64,000 bases of DNA from Octopus vulgaris (lineage: Eukaryota). The stretch is taken from NCBI GenBank assembly GCA_951406725.2, contig CATOCA020000001.1, positions 8,246,001-8,310,000 on the forward strand, in the 5' to 3' direction. This document shows, piece by piece, positions 11,741-24,684 of this stretch. The notes beneath the pieces are model-generated. The model saw nothing but the letters and a program-made list of their open reading frames with translations. It was not told the origin of the DNA and did no database searches. How positions within the stretch are numbered: position 1 is the first letter of the stretch; every line of letters starts with the position of its first letter. The position numbers and the translations under genes were made by a program.

Positions 11741-12826
11741 TTACGTTCTGAGTTCAAATTCCGCCGAGGTCGACTTTACCTTTCATCATTTCAGGGTCGA
11801 TAAATAAAGTACCAGTTACGCACTGGGGTCGATATAATCGACTTAATCCGTTTGTCTGTCCTTGTATGTCCCCTCTATGTGTAGCCCCTTGTGGGTAGTA
11901 AAGAAATAGGTATTTCGTCTGCTGTTACGTCCTGAGTTCAAATTCCGCCGAGGTCGACTTTACCTTTCATCGTTTCAGGGTCGATAAATAAATTACCAGT
12001 TACGCACTGGGGTCGATAAAATCGACTTAATCCGTTTGTCTGTCCTTGTTTGTCTTCTCGGTGTTTAGCCCCTTGTGGGTAGTAAAGAAATAGGTATTTC
12101 GTCTGCTGTTACGTCCTGAGTTCAAATTCCGCCGAGGTCGACTTTACCTTTCATCATTTCAGGGTCGATAAATAAAGTACCAGTTACGCACTGGGTCGAT
12201 AAAATCGACTTAATCCGTTTGTCTGTCCTTGTTTGTCTTCTCGGTGTTTAGCCCCTTGTGGGTAGTAAAGAAATAGGTATTTCGTCTGCTGTTACGTCCT
12301 GAGTTCAAATTCCGCCGAGGTCGACTTTACCTTTCATCATTTCAGGGTCGATAAATAAATTACCACTTACGCACTGGGGTCGATAAAATCGACTTAATCC
12401 GTTTGTCTGTCCTTGTTTGTCTTCTCGGTGTTTAGCCCCTTGTGGGTAGTAAAGAAATAGGTATTTCGTCTGCTGTTACGTCCTGAGTTCAAATTCCGCC
12501 GAGGTCGACTCTACCTTTCATCATTTCAGGGTCGATAACTAAATTACCAGTTACGCACTGGGGTCGATAAATTCGACTTAATCCGTTTGTCTGTCCTTGT
12601 TTGTCTTCTCGGTGTTTAGCCCCTTGTGGGTAGTAAAGAAATAGGTATTTCGTTTGTCGTTACATTCTGAGTTCAAATTCCGCCGAGGTCAACTTTGCCT
12701 TTCATAAATTCGTGGTCGATAAATAAAGTACCAGTCACGCACTGGAGTCAATATCATCGAATTAATCCCTTTGTCTGTCCTTGTTTGTCCCCTCTATGTT
12801 TAGCCCTTGTGGGCAATAAAGAAATA
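11741..12826 (+). repeat. Tandem array (~6 x ~184 bp) of 5'-truncated tRNA-derived SINE (family S1)
   Basis: Repeating ttacgt(t/c)ctgagttcaaattccgccgaggtcgac...tagccccttgtgggtagtaaagaaatagg; B-box-like gagttcaaattcc; full-length copies at 17622-17855 and 28464-28696. Confidence 0.85.
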
Positions 12827-12884
12827 TACAATTATTACACATGGGATATTAATGTCTATCAAGTATACCTTGGCGTAGTATAGT

Positions 12885-13230
12885 CGTAGGAGTGGCTGTG
12901 TGGTAAGTAGCTTGCTTACCAACCACATAGTTCCGTGTTCAGTCCCAATGCGTGGCACCTTGGGCAAGTATATTCACCTATAGCCTTGGGCTGAACAAAA
13001 CCTTGTGAGTGGATTTGGTAGACGGAAACTGAAAGAAGCCCGTCGTATATATGTATATGGGCATAGGAGTGGCTGTGTGGTAAGTAGATTGCTTACCAAC
13101 CACATGCTTCCGGGTTCAGTCCCACTGCGTGGCACCTTGGGCAAATCTCTTCTACTATAGCCTTGGGCTGAACAAAACCTTGTGAGTGGATTTCGTAGAG
13201 GGAAACTGAAAGAAACCCGTCGTATATATG

Positions 13231-13285
<55 letters not shown>

Positions 13286-13867
13286 TTGTGTGTGTGTATT
13301 TGTCCCCCCAACATAGCTTGACAACCGATGCTGGTGTGTTTACGTCCCCGTCACTTAGCGGTTCGGCAAAAGAGACCGATAGAATCAGTACTGGGCTTAC
13401 AAAGAATAAGTCCCGGGGTCGAGTTGCTCGATTAAAATGTTGGTGCTCCAGCATGGCCGCAGTCAAATGACTGAAACAAGTAAAATAAAATAACATATAT
13501 ATAGGCACAGGAGTGGCTGTGTGGTAAGAAGCTTGCTTACCAACTACATTGTTCCGGGTTCAGTCCCACTGCGTGGCATCTTGGGCAAGTGTCTTCTGCT
13601 AGATCCTCGGGCCGACCAATGCCTTGTGAGTGGATTTGGTAGACGGAAACTGAAAGAAGCCTGTCGTATATATGTATATATATATAAGTGTGTGTGTCTG
13701 TGTTTGTCCCCCTAGCATTGCTTGACAACCGATGCTGGTGTGTTTACGTGCCCGTCACAAAAGAGACTGGGCTTACAAAGAATACGTCCCGGGGGTCGAT
13801 TTGCTCGCTTAAAGGCGGTGCTCCAGCATGGCTGCAGTCAAATGACTGAAACAAGTAAAAGAGTAAA

Positions 13868-13943
<76 letters not shown>

Positions 13944-15906
13944 CCTTGTGAGTGGATTTGGTAGACGGAAACTGAAAGAAGCCTGTCGTATATATATATA
14001 GGTGTAGGAGTGGCTGTGTGGTAAGTAGCTTGCTAGCCAACCACATGGTTCCAGGTTCAGTCCCACTGCGTGACATCTTGGGCAAGTGTCTTCTGCTATA
14101 GCCCCGGGCCGACCAATGCTTGTGCGTGGATTTGGTAGACGGAAAGTGAAAGACGCCTGTCGTATATATGTATATATATATAAGCGTGTGTGTATATGTT
14201 TGTGTGTCTCTGTCCTTCTAGCATTGCTTGACCACCGATGCTGGTGTGTTTATGTCCCCGTCACTTAGCGGTTCGGCAAAAGAGACCGATAGAATAAGTA
14301 CTGGGCTTACAAAGAATAAGTCCCGGGGTCGATTTGGTCGACTAAAAGACGGTGCTCCAGCATGGCTGCAGTCAAATGACTGAAACAAGTAAAATAAAAT
14401 AACATATATATAGGCACAGGAGTGGCTGTGTGGTAAGTAGCTTGCTTACCAACCACATGGTTCTCTGTTCAGTCCCACTGCGTGGCATATTGGGCAAATG
14501 TCTTCTGCTAGAGCCTCGGGCCGACCAATGCTTTGAGAGTGGATTTGGTAGACGGAAACTGAAAGAAGCCCGTCGTATATATGTATATATATATATGTGT
14601 GTGTCTCTGTTTGTCCCCCTAGCATTGCTTGACAACCGATGCTGGTGTGTTTACGTGCCCGTCACAAAAGAGACTGGGCTTACAAAGAATACGTCCCGGG
14701 GGTCGATTTGCTCGCTTAAAGGCGGTGATCCAGCATGGCCGCAGTCAAATGACTGAAACAAGTAAAAGAGTAAAAGAGTATATATATACATATATACACA
14801 AATATAAGAGGGTGACTACCATATGGTCGACTTTTGCGCTAAAAATAGATCCGCTATGGTATTAGCCACTATATATATATATAGACTAAAGGCAGTGCTC
14901 CAGCATGGCCGTAGTCAAATGACTGAAACAAGTAAAAGAGTAAAAGAGTAGACGAATATGTGTATACGTGGGTCTTACCTTCGCGGAACTCGAAACCTCG
15001 TCCCAGAATGGTGAAATGAATTCAAAATGTCCACTTAGGATCTTGTCAAATTATTCTTCTTGGTTGTTGCTTGGACTAGAAAAAGAAATTTCAACATTAA
15101 AAGCCATAATTTAGTTATGAATATCTTTTGCAAATTTGTACATTTTCTTCTTTATAGGCGCAGGAGTGGCTGTGTGGTAAGTAGCTTGCTAACCAACCAC
15201 ATGGTTCCGGTTTCAGTCCCACTGCGTGGCACCTTAGGCAAGTGTCTTCTGCTAAAGCCTCGGGCCGACCAAAGCCTTGTGAGTGAATAAAGTAGACGGA
15301 AACTGAAAGAAGCCTGTCGTATATATATATAGGTGTAGGAGTGGCTGTGTGGTAAGTAGCTTGCTAGCCAACCACATGGTTCCAGGTTCAGTCCCACTGC
15401 GTGACATCTTGGGCAAGTGTCTTCTGCTATAGCCCCGGGCCGACCAATGCTTGTGAGTGGATTTGGTAGACGGAAAGTGAAAGACGCCTGTCGTATATAT
15501 GTATATATATATAAGCGTGTGTGTATATGTTTGTGTGTCTCTGTCCTTCTAGCATTGCTTGACAACCGATGCTGGTGTGTTTATGTCCCCGTCACTTAGC
15601 GGTTCGGCAAAAGAGACCGATAGAATAAGTACTGGGCTTACAAAGAATAAGTCCCGGGGTCGATTTGGTCGACTAAAAGACGGTGCTCCAGCATGGCTGC
15701 AGTCAAATGACTGAAACAAGTAAAATAAAATAACATATATATAGGCGCAGGAGTGGCTGTGTGGTAAGTAGCTTGTTTACGAACCAGATGGTTCTGGGTT
15801 CAGTCCCACAGCGTGGCATCTTGGGCAAGTGTCCTCTGCTATGGCCCCGGGCCGACCAAAGCCTTGTGAGTGGATTTGGTAGACGGAAACTGAAAGAAGC
15901 CTGTCG

Positions 15907-15943
<37 letters not shown>

Positions 15944-16104
15944 AGGAGTGGCTGTGTGGTAAGTAGCTTGTTTACCAACCACATGGTTCCGGGTTCAGTC
16001 CCACTGTGTGGCACCTTGGGCAAGTGTCTTCTGCTATAGCCCGGGCCGACCAATGCCTTGTTAGTGGATTCGGTAGACGGAAACTGAAAGAAGCCCGTCG
16101 TATA

Positions 16105-16157
<53 letters not shown>

Positions 16158-16831
16158 TGTAGGAGTGGCTGTGTGGTAAGTAGCTTGCTAACCAACCACA
16201 TGGTTCCGGGTTCAGTCCCACTGCGTGGCATCTTGGGCAAGTGTCTTCTACTATAGCCCCGGGCCAACCAATGCCTTGTGAGGGGATTTGGTAGACGGAA
16301 ACTGAAAGAAGCCCGTCGTATATATGTATATATGTATATATATATATGTATGTGTGTATATGTTTGTGTGTCTGTGTTTGTCCCCCTAACATTGCTTGAC
16401 AACCGATGCTGTTGTGTTTACGTCCCCGTCACTTAGCGGTTCGGCAAAAGAGACCGATAGAATAAGTACTGGGCTCACAAAGAATAAGTCCCGGGGTCGA
16501 TTTGCTCGACTAAAGGTGGTGCTCCAGCATGGCCGCAGTCAAATGACTGAAACAAGTAAAAGAGTAAAGAATAAAGAGTAATATATATATATATATGTAT
16601 GTGTGTGTATATGTTTGTGTGTCTGTGTTTGTCCCCCTAGCATTGCTTGACAACCGATGCTAGTGTGTTTATGTCCGCGTAACTTAGTGGTTCGGCAAAA
16701 GAGACAGAAAGAATAAGTACTGGGCTCACAAAGAATAAGTCCCGGGGTCGATTTGCTCGACTAAAGGCGGTGCTCCAGCATGGCCGCAGTCAAATGATTG
16801 AAACAAATAAAAGAGTAAAAGAGTAAAGAGT
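12885..16831 (+). mobile_element. Cluster of CORE-type tRNA-derived SINEs (family S2), full copies and tandem heads, locally duplicated
   Basis: Head ggc(g/a)caggagtggctgtgtggtaag...gggttcagtccc (A/B-box-like), CORE-like ccttgggcaagt, internal TA/TG tract, tail ggcggtgctccagcatggccgcagtcaaatgactgaaacaagtaaaagag. Confidence 0.85.
14979..15075 (-). pseudogene. Exon of doublecortin-like kinase (subdomain X) with in-frame TAA
   Basis: tttctttttctag|T CCA...AAG|gtaaga; 97 nt = PSNNQEE*FDKILSGHFEFISPFWDEVSSSAK, resembling DCLK [28 protein letters not shown]; phase-0 end joins the 11704 exon in frame. Confidence 0.82.
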
Positions 16832-17011
16832 ACCAACATCGAACTAAATTTACAAGAGGGTCATTTCGGGTTCAAGGGAGAATACCTAGCAAAAAAACTT
16901 CCTTACGACGTTCAGTTATATCCCTTTATTTTCAAAATTGAACCTTTATCAGGAAAACTTTCATCTTTCATGTTTAAAACAGACGCTGAGAGTTTGGGGT
17001 TATCTGACTTA

Positions 17012-17595
17012 GTCTTTACTTGTTTCAGTCATTTGACTGCGGCCATGCTGGAGCACCGCCTTTTTAGTCGAGCAAATCGACCCCGGGACTTATTCTTTGT
17101 AAGCCCAGTACTTATTCTATCGGTGTCTTTTGCCGAACCGCTAATTTACGGGGACGTAAACACACCAGCATCGGTTGTCAAGCAATGCTAGGGGGACAAA
17201 CACAGACACACAAACACATATACACACATATATATATATATACATATATACGACAGGCTTCTTTCAGTTTCCGTCTACCAAATCCACTCACAAGGCATTG
17301 GTCGGCCCGAGGCTATAGTAGAAGACACTTGCCCAAGGTGCCACGCAGTGGGACTGAACCCGGAACCATGCGGTTGGTAAACAAGCTACTTACCACACAG
17401 CCACTCCTGCGCCTACCTGACTAATCTTTACTTGTTTCAGTTATTTGACTGCGGCCATGCTGGAGCACCGCCTTTAGTCGAGCAAATCGACCCCAGGACT
17501 TATTCTTTGTAAGCCTTCTACTAATTCTATTGGTGTCTTTTGCTGAACCACTAAGTTACGGGTCGTAAACACACCAGCATCGGTTGTCAAGCACA
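17012..17595 (-). mobile_element. S2 CORE-type SINE (full, 17012-17413) plus a second tail fragment, minus strand
   Basis: Reverse complement of the S2 head and tail. Confidence 0.8.
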
Positions 17596-17621
17596 CCCAC
17601 CCCCTGCGCCTATATACATAT

Positions 17622-17855
17622 AAGGCGGCGAGCTGGCAGAAAGGTTAGCACGCCGGGCGAAATGCGTAGCCGTATTTCGTCTGTCGTTACGTTTAGAGTT
17701 CAAATTCCGCCGAGGTCAACTTTGCCTTTCATCCTTTCGGGGTCGATAAATTAAGTACCAGTTACGCACTGGGGTCGATGTAATCGACTTAATACCTATG
17801 TCTGTCCTTGTTTGTCCCCTCTATGTTTAGCCCCTTGTGGGTAATAAAGAAATAG
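17622..17855 (+). mobile_element. Full-length S1 tRNA-derived SINE
   Basis: ggcggcgagctggcagaaaggttagc (A-box-like) ... gagttcaaattcc (B-box-like) ... gcctttcatcctttcggggtcgataaa ... tail tttgtcccctctatgtttagccccttgtgggtaataaagaaata. Confidence 0.8.
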
Positions 17856-18190
17856 GTTGTCAAGCGATGTTGGGGGGACAAACACAGACACACAAACATA
17901 TATATATATATACGACGGGCTTCTTTCAGTTTCCGTCTACCAAATCCACTCACAAGGCTTTGGTCGGCCCGGGGCTATAGAAGAAGACACTTGCCCGAGA
18001 TGCCACGCAGTGGGACTGAACCCGACCCATGTGGTTGGTAAGCAAGAGACATACCACACAGCCACTCCTACGCCTATATACATATATACGACGGGCTTCT
18101 TTCAGTTTCCGTCTACTAAATCCACTCACAAGGCTTTGGTCGGTCGAGGCACTCACAAGGCTTTGGTCGGAACCACGAGGCTATAGTAGC
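17856..18190 (-). mobile_element. S2 SINE 5' portions, minus strand
   Basis: Reverse complement of the S2 head, partly duplicated. Confidence 0.7.
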
Positions 18191-18238
18191 CACTTATGAG
18201 CCAGGCGTGGCTCGAGAAGGAACAAACTACTATTTATA

Positions 18239-19817
18239 TGTTGCCGGCGGTGTCCATCCTGGGTCTGTTTGCTGTGGTGGTCTTGTATATAGTGGGTAGT
18301 CCCACCTGCGGGCTTGGGTTTGATGAAGCCAGGTCAGCTGCTGTACAATCTTTTGTGCCATGCACAAAAAAGATTGTTGCTCAGCAGCTGCCCTTTCGAC
18401 AACATCATGTTGGCGGTTTGTGGCACGCACAACATCTGCGTACCTCCGCTTTGGGGCAGGTGGTGCGTGGTCCATCCTTTTCCTTGTGTTGATGGTTTGT
18501 CCATCTGCCTCGTGTCTCTGTGGCAGGGTCCCCGATGTGCAAAGCGGCAGCCTGCACCTTGCTTTCCATGCCAGCAGGAACCTCTCAGGTAGAACCTACA
18601 CACCCGTGTGCGCTGTTTGTTTCCATCTTTTGCGGTTCCACTTCTATTCCTGGTTTGTTTCACCCTTTGGTCCTGCTTGAGCTTTTCCTTTAGCTCTTCC
18701 AGTCCTTCTTTTAGTTCTTCCTCCCTCCCTCTACCTCTTCACCGGGTTCTCCGTCTCCATGGCCCTTGCTGCCGGTTGGAGAACTTGCACCTGGGATCAC
18801 TACCCGGGCAGGTTTCTCACTCAAAACCTCCTCCCGGGAATCCACCAGGTGGGGGTGACTTCTTTCATCGTCTCCATTCTTGCCATCTTTGCCCCGCTCG
18901 TTCTCAAAGATGGCATCAAGTGCGCCAATGTGCGACCGGTAACGGTTAAAAACATGGATGACACAGGCGCCCTATGGCTTTAACACAAAAAGCAGAGACA
19001 CAAAAACAATATCAGCAAGCGTGGAAAAATAATTACCATTTCGGTGATAAGACACATGTTGAACAAGTGGCCGATGGAAAGAGAATGGCTGAGGCAGCAA
19101 GTCGCAAGAGGGTAAGAGAGAGGAGGGGCTAAGAGAGAGAGAGGGGACCAAGGAGGGTAGAAGGCGAGGACAGAAGCAGTGACCGAGAGAGAGAGGGAGA
19201 GAAGGAATCAGAGAAGAAGCAGTGATCAAGAGAGAGAGGGAGAGAAGGAATCAGAGAGGCTGGGAGAAAAGGCGCCAAAACAATTTGGCAACGAAGCAAT
19301 GGCGAAGGAAAGAAAATAGTTTAAAGACATCGTGCAGAGGGGTTTTGATATGATAAACATAAAGAAGTTATTATGCACGTACGCTGCGAAATATATAATA
19401 AACCTTTACATAAATAACTAACGTGAAATACACGAAGGGACGAACAAAAAGACAAACGGGTCATTCAAAGCCTTCATCCTCAGTCAGAAACTGATCCCTC
19501 ATCGCAGATTTCGGCTGTTTAATTCTGAGATCCGCTCCGAATCAGCCAGCCACAGAAGGAAAGAATGCAACGCAACAGAGACGAACATGAAACACACACA
19601 CACATATATATACATACACACACACACATATATATACATACACATATATATACATACACACATACATATATATATATATGTATATAATAAACCTTTACAT
19701 AAATAAATAATAACATATATATATATATATATACATACACACACACATATATATACATACACACATACATATATATATATATGTATATAATAAACCTTTA
19801 GATAAATAAATAATAAC

Positions 19818-19848
<31 letters not shown>

Positions 19849-22800
19849 TATATATATATATGTATATAATAAACCTTTGGATAAATAAATAATAACATAT
19901 ATATATATATATACATACACACACACATATATATACATGCACACACAAACATATATACATACACACACATACACACATTTATACATACACACATACATAT
20001 ATATATATATGTATATAATAACTTTTAGATAATTAAATAATAACACATATATATATATATATACACATACACACACACATATATATACATACACACATAT
20101 ATATATATATATGTATATAATAAACCTTTAGATAAATAAATAATAACATATATATATATATATACACACACACACATATATATATATATGTATATAATAA
20201 GCCTTTAGATAAATAAATAATAACATATATATATATATATACATACACACACACGCATATATACACATACACACACACATATATATATACATGCACACAC
20301 ACACATATATATACATACACACACACACACATATATACATACACACACACACAAACACACATGTATATACTTACACACACACACACACATATATATACAT
20401 ACACACACAAACACACATATATATACATACACACATATATATATATACATACACACACACATACATATATACATACACACACATATATACATACACACAC
20501 ACACATATATATATATACATACACACACACATATATATATACATACACACATATATATATATACATACATACATACATACATATATACATACATACACAT
20601 ATATATATATATATATAATATATATATATATATATAATAAACATTTACATAAATAAATAACGTGAAATACACGAAGGGACGAACAAAAAGACAAACGGGT
20701 CATTCAAAGCCTTCATTCTTCAGTCAGAAACTGATCCCTCATCGCAGATTTCGGCCGTTCAATTCTGAGATCCGCTCCGAATCAGCCAGCCACAGAAGGA
20801 AAGAATGCAACGCAGCAAGAGACGAACATGAAACGAAAAATCTTTTTGGAGACATGATTGATTGATTGATCGATTGATTCTAGTTTCAGCTTATGAGCTG
20901 TGGCCATGCTGGGGCACCGCCATTTGGTGTTGCTACTTGGTTTTACTTCACGAAAGCTTTTTAGCAACTGCCATTTGGTGCATGAGAGAGTTCGATGCAG
21001 CTGCCCTCATCTGCACCTCCTGCCGTGAAGTTGGTTCATCTGGGACACCTGACAGGAAGAGATCCAGTTTCATTTTAAAGACATCTGCATCCACCCCATG
21101 CAGGTCTCTCAGGTTCTTCGGGAGGATATTGAAGAGCTGTGGGCCTCGGAAGCCCAGGCTATCACAGAATCTTGTCCTACATCTTGATGGCGAGTTTGGA
21201 GTCCTAGGCACCACGCAGTGGCGCCCAGTTCTGGCATTTGCGTAACTCTCGATGCCAAAGTTTAGGACACGTCCCTCCAGGATCTTCCAGATGTATATTA
21301 TGGCATATCTTTCCCGCCTACGCTCCAGGGAATACAGTTTTAATCTCTTCAGTCTTTCCCAGTAGCTTACATTCTGCATAGAGGCTATCTTCTTCGTGTA
21401 GCTACGTTGGATCGCCTCGAGCTCTGTGATCAACTTGACACTGGATGGTGACCATAACTGAGAGCAGTAGTCAAAGTGGCTTAGGACAACTTGTCCTCCA
21501 GAGGACCATCATGGTTTCTTGTTCTCTTGTTCTAAAGGTTCTGAGGATCCATCCGGCCAGTCTTCTACATTTCATTTTGCCAATTTAGCAACATGTACAC
21601 GAAAGGTCGCGTCATCACTCATGTAAATACCTAGGTCACGCACTGATTGTGCCTCTGGGATTGCTATTCCTCCGGGTCCGGTGTATTCATTGGGTATTGC
21701 ATTTAGTTTTGCATGCTGATAGTATAGAGCTTGAAACTTTTCAGCATTGAACTGCATGCTATTCTTTTCAGCCCACTTGTATATTTTGTCCAGCTCACAT
21801 TGCAGGTGCTTAGTGTCCTCAGGGTTCTGTATTGCCTGTGAAACTTTTGTATCATCTGCATAACTTGTGATCGTGGCTCTCTGCGTGGCTGAGGGCATGT
21901 CTGAGAGGGCCATTATGAACAGTAGTGGTCCCAGAACAGTGCCCTGCGGGACACCGCTCACTATTTGCGTGTTAATGGAAGTGGCCCCATTGGCTACTAC
22001 CACCTGACTTCTATCTTTCAGAAAGTCATGGAGCCATTCTCCCAGTTTTCCAACTATGTTGAGATCACGCAGTTTGTGACATATCATTCCATGATCGACT
22101 TTATCAAAGGCCTTTGCAAAGTCGAGATATATCACTTCCACATTTGAGTGGTTGAGCAGCCGTTTCAGCACCCAGTCATAGTGTTGTAGGAGCTGAGTTA
22201 AACAGCTTCTCCCTGGTCGGAAACCATGTTGGGTGTCGGGCATCAAGTCATTCTCTTCAAAGGAAGGTGATCAGCTTCCTTCTGACTATTCGTTCCATGA
22301 CCTTGCTGATGTGTGAGGTCAGAGAGATAGGTCTGTAGTTCTTGGCTTTCCGCTCTGCTACCTCCTTTATGAATGGAGCATATTTTACCTTCCTTCAGTT
22401 TTCTTGGAAGTTTGCCAGCTGCAAGGAGCTCTGAAAGAGGAACTGCAGTGGTCTTGCTAGGACTCTCTTACATGCTTTTAGGAGGATTGCCGGGAATCCA
22501 TCGGGGCCAGTAGCTGAGTCTGTTTTCATTTCATCTATAGCCTTGATTACATCGTCCTCCTTTATATCGATGTAATCTATCGTCGCCGCCTCTGATTTTA
22601 TATCTGCAGTGGTAAAAAAGTCAGTTGGATTGGTGATTTGGAGATGCCCAAGGGGTGGAGTGAAAACACTCTTGAATTGCTCATTCAGTATTTCACTTAC
22701 CCTCATTGGTTTTCCTGTAAGTGTGCCATCCTTTTCGAGGAGTGGCCCTGTTCTACAGTGCACCATAGCTGTTTCTTTGGCATACCTGTAGAAAGCTCTG

Positions 22801-23950
22801 GGGTTAGATTTTATGTTGTCTATAGCCCAGGCTTCTTTGTCTGCTCTTTCACTTTTTCATGAGAGAGTTGCAGACATTTTTCGATTTCCAACAGTTTTAT
22901 TTTTAGGCGGGACTTTTCACTGCTTTCAATCTGTTTGCTTAGGCGATTTGAAAATTTTGTACGCCGTCTCATTAAAATTTTCCTCTCTCTGGGGATTTTG
23001 TTCTTGTGTACAGTGGCCTTTCTCTCTGGGACACATTTGTAGCATATGGCTTGCATTATAGACATGAATTGTTGAAGTTTCACGTCGATGTCTGGCGAGG
23101 AGAGACATTTAGGCCAGTTTTGTTTGAGGATCTCTTTCTCAATTTGTTTCCAGTTTGCCTTATGGTAGTTCAAGCTGGAAAGATTCTGAGGGTTTCTTGT
23201 AGGCTGCATGTCCGTGCTCTCTTTTGGCCCGTACTCTTTTGGTCAGCTCTATCATGTTGTGATCCGAGAGTAGTGTCGGTGTCACTTTCACATTATGGAT
23301 GAGATCCATGTCATTTGTGAAGCAGAGATCCAGTGTGTTACCTGCCCTGGTTGGTTGGAGTATTACCTGCTCCATGTACAGGGTGTTGATGAGGTTCAGG
23401 AGGGACCTCGCCTGTCCTCGTTCACATCTTGTCATTCCTGGGAGAGAAAGGCCCTCGGGCCATCTGACACTGGGCAGATTGAAGTCTCCCATAAGAAGTA
23501 CACTTATGTGTTGTTCTAATGTGGTTAGAACTTCTTCTATTTTTATAAGGCAGTCTTCAAACTTGCCCACATGGCTTGGGGCATCTGGAGGGCGATATGT
23601 AGCACACACAACTACATCAAGTTGCCTAATATGTACAATTAGTGTGTCACACACCGAGTTTGAGTATGACAAGAGGACCTGGGGTGTGAGGTCCTCACGG
23701 ATGTACATAGCAACACCTCCATGACTCCTTTCTTTTCTGTCGGTCCGTAGTACAGCATACTGTGGTATGTGTAACTCCGCATCTGCTATGTTAGAGCAGA
23801 GGACTCGCGGTCGAGGGATCGCAGGAACGGGATTTTTGTCCTGTTACTGAGTTATGAGCAGTAGGAGCATCGAGGTGAGGTGTACGTTGTTGCCGGCGGT
23901 GTCCATCCTGGGTCTGTTTGCTGTGGTGGTCTTGTATATAGTGGGTAGTC
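18239..23950 (-). repeat. Inverted, circularly permuted third copy of the 5.65-kb LINE plus flank unit
   Basis: On the minus strand: LINE from the nt equivalent to 569 through its tail (23950-20855), flank (20854-18941), then LINE 5' part up to the nt equivalent to 631 (18940-18239); ORF pieces 23160-23708, 22820-23209, 21572-22246, 20948-21433. Confidence 0.9.
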
Positions 23951-24669
23951 TGCCGTTAAGTGTTCTGGGTTCAAATTCCGCCGAGGTCCACTTTGCCTTT
24001 CATCCTTTCGGGGTCGATAAATTAAGTACCAGTTACGCACTGGGGTCTATGTAATCGACTTAATCCCTTTGTCTGTCCTTGTTTGTCCCCTCTGTGTTTA
24101 GCCCCTTGTGGGTAGTAAAGAAATAGGTATTTCGTCTGCCGTTAAGTGTTCTGGGTTCAAATTCCGCCGAGGTCACTTTGCCTTTCAATCCTTTCGGGGT
24201 CGATAAATTAAGTACCAGTTACGCACTGGGGTCTATGTAATCGACTTAATCCGTTTGTCTGTCCTTGTTTGTCCCCTCTGTGTTTAGCCCCTTGTGGGTA
24301 GTAAAGAAATAGGTATTTCGTCTGCCGTTAAGTGTTCTGGGTTCAAATTCCGCCGAGGTCGACTTTGCCTTTCATCCTTTCGGGGTCGATAAATTAAGTA
24401 CCAGTTACGCACTGGGGTCTATGTAATCGACTTAATCCGTTTGTCTGTCCTTGTTTGTCCCCTCTGTGTTTAGCCCCTTGTGGGTAGTAAAGAAATAGGT
24501 ATTTCGTCTGCCGTTAAGTGTTCTGGGTTCAAATTCCGCCGAGGTCCACTTTGCCTTTCATCCTTTCGGGGTCGAGTTACGCACTGGGGTCGATGTAATC
24601 GACTCAATCCCTTTGTCTGTCCTTGTTTGTCCCCTCTGTGTTTAGCCCCTTGTGGGTAGTAAAGAAATA
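23948..24669 (+). repeat. Tandem array (~4 x ~186 bp) of 5'-truncated S1 SINE
   Basis: Repeating gtctgccgttaagtgttctgggttcaaattccgccgagg...gtgggtagtaaagaaata. Confidence 0.85.
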
Positions 24670-24684
24670 TATATAAACACTTAC

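Noticed and set aside
11741-12826. Regularly spaced repeats resembling a CRISPR array
   Set aside because: Whole ~184-bp units repeat with no unique spacers; SINE-derived, eukaryotic context, no cas genes.
15052-15054. Idea that the kinase TAA is rescued by A-to-I editing to Trp
   Set aside because: It needs double editing, the expected residue is Leu, and other lesions (APD, missing exon) point to decay or sequence error.
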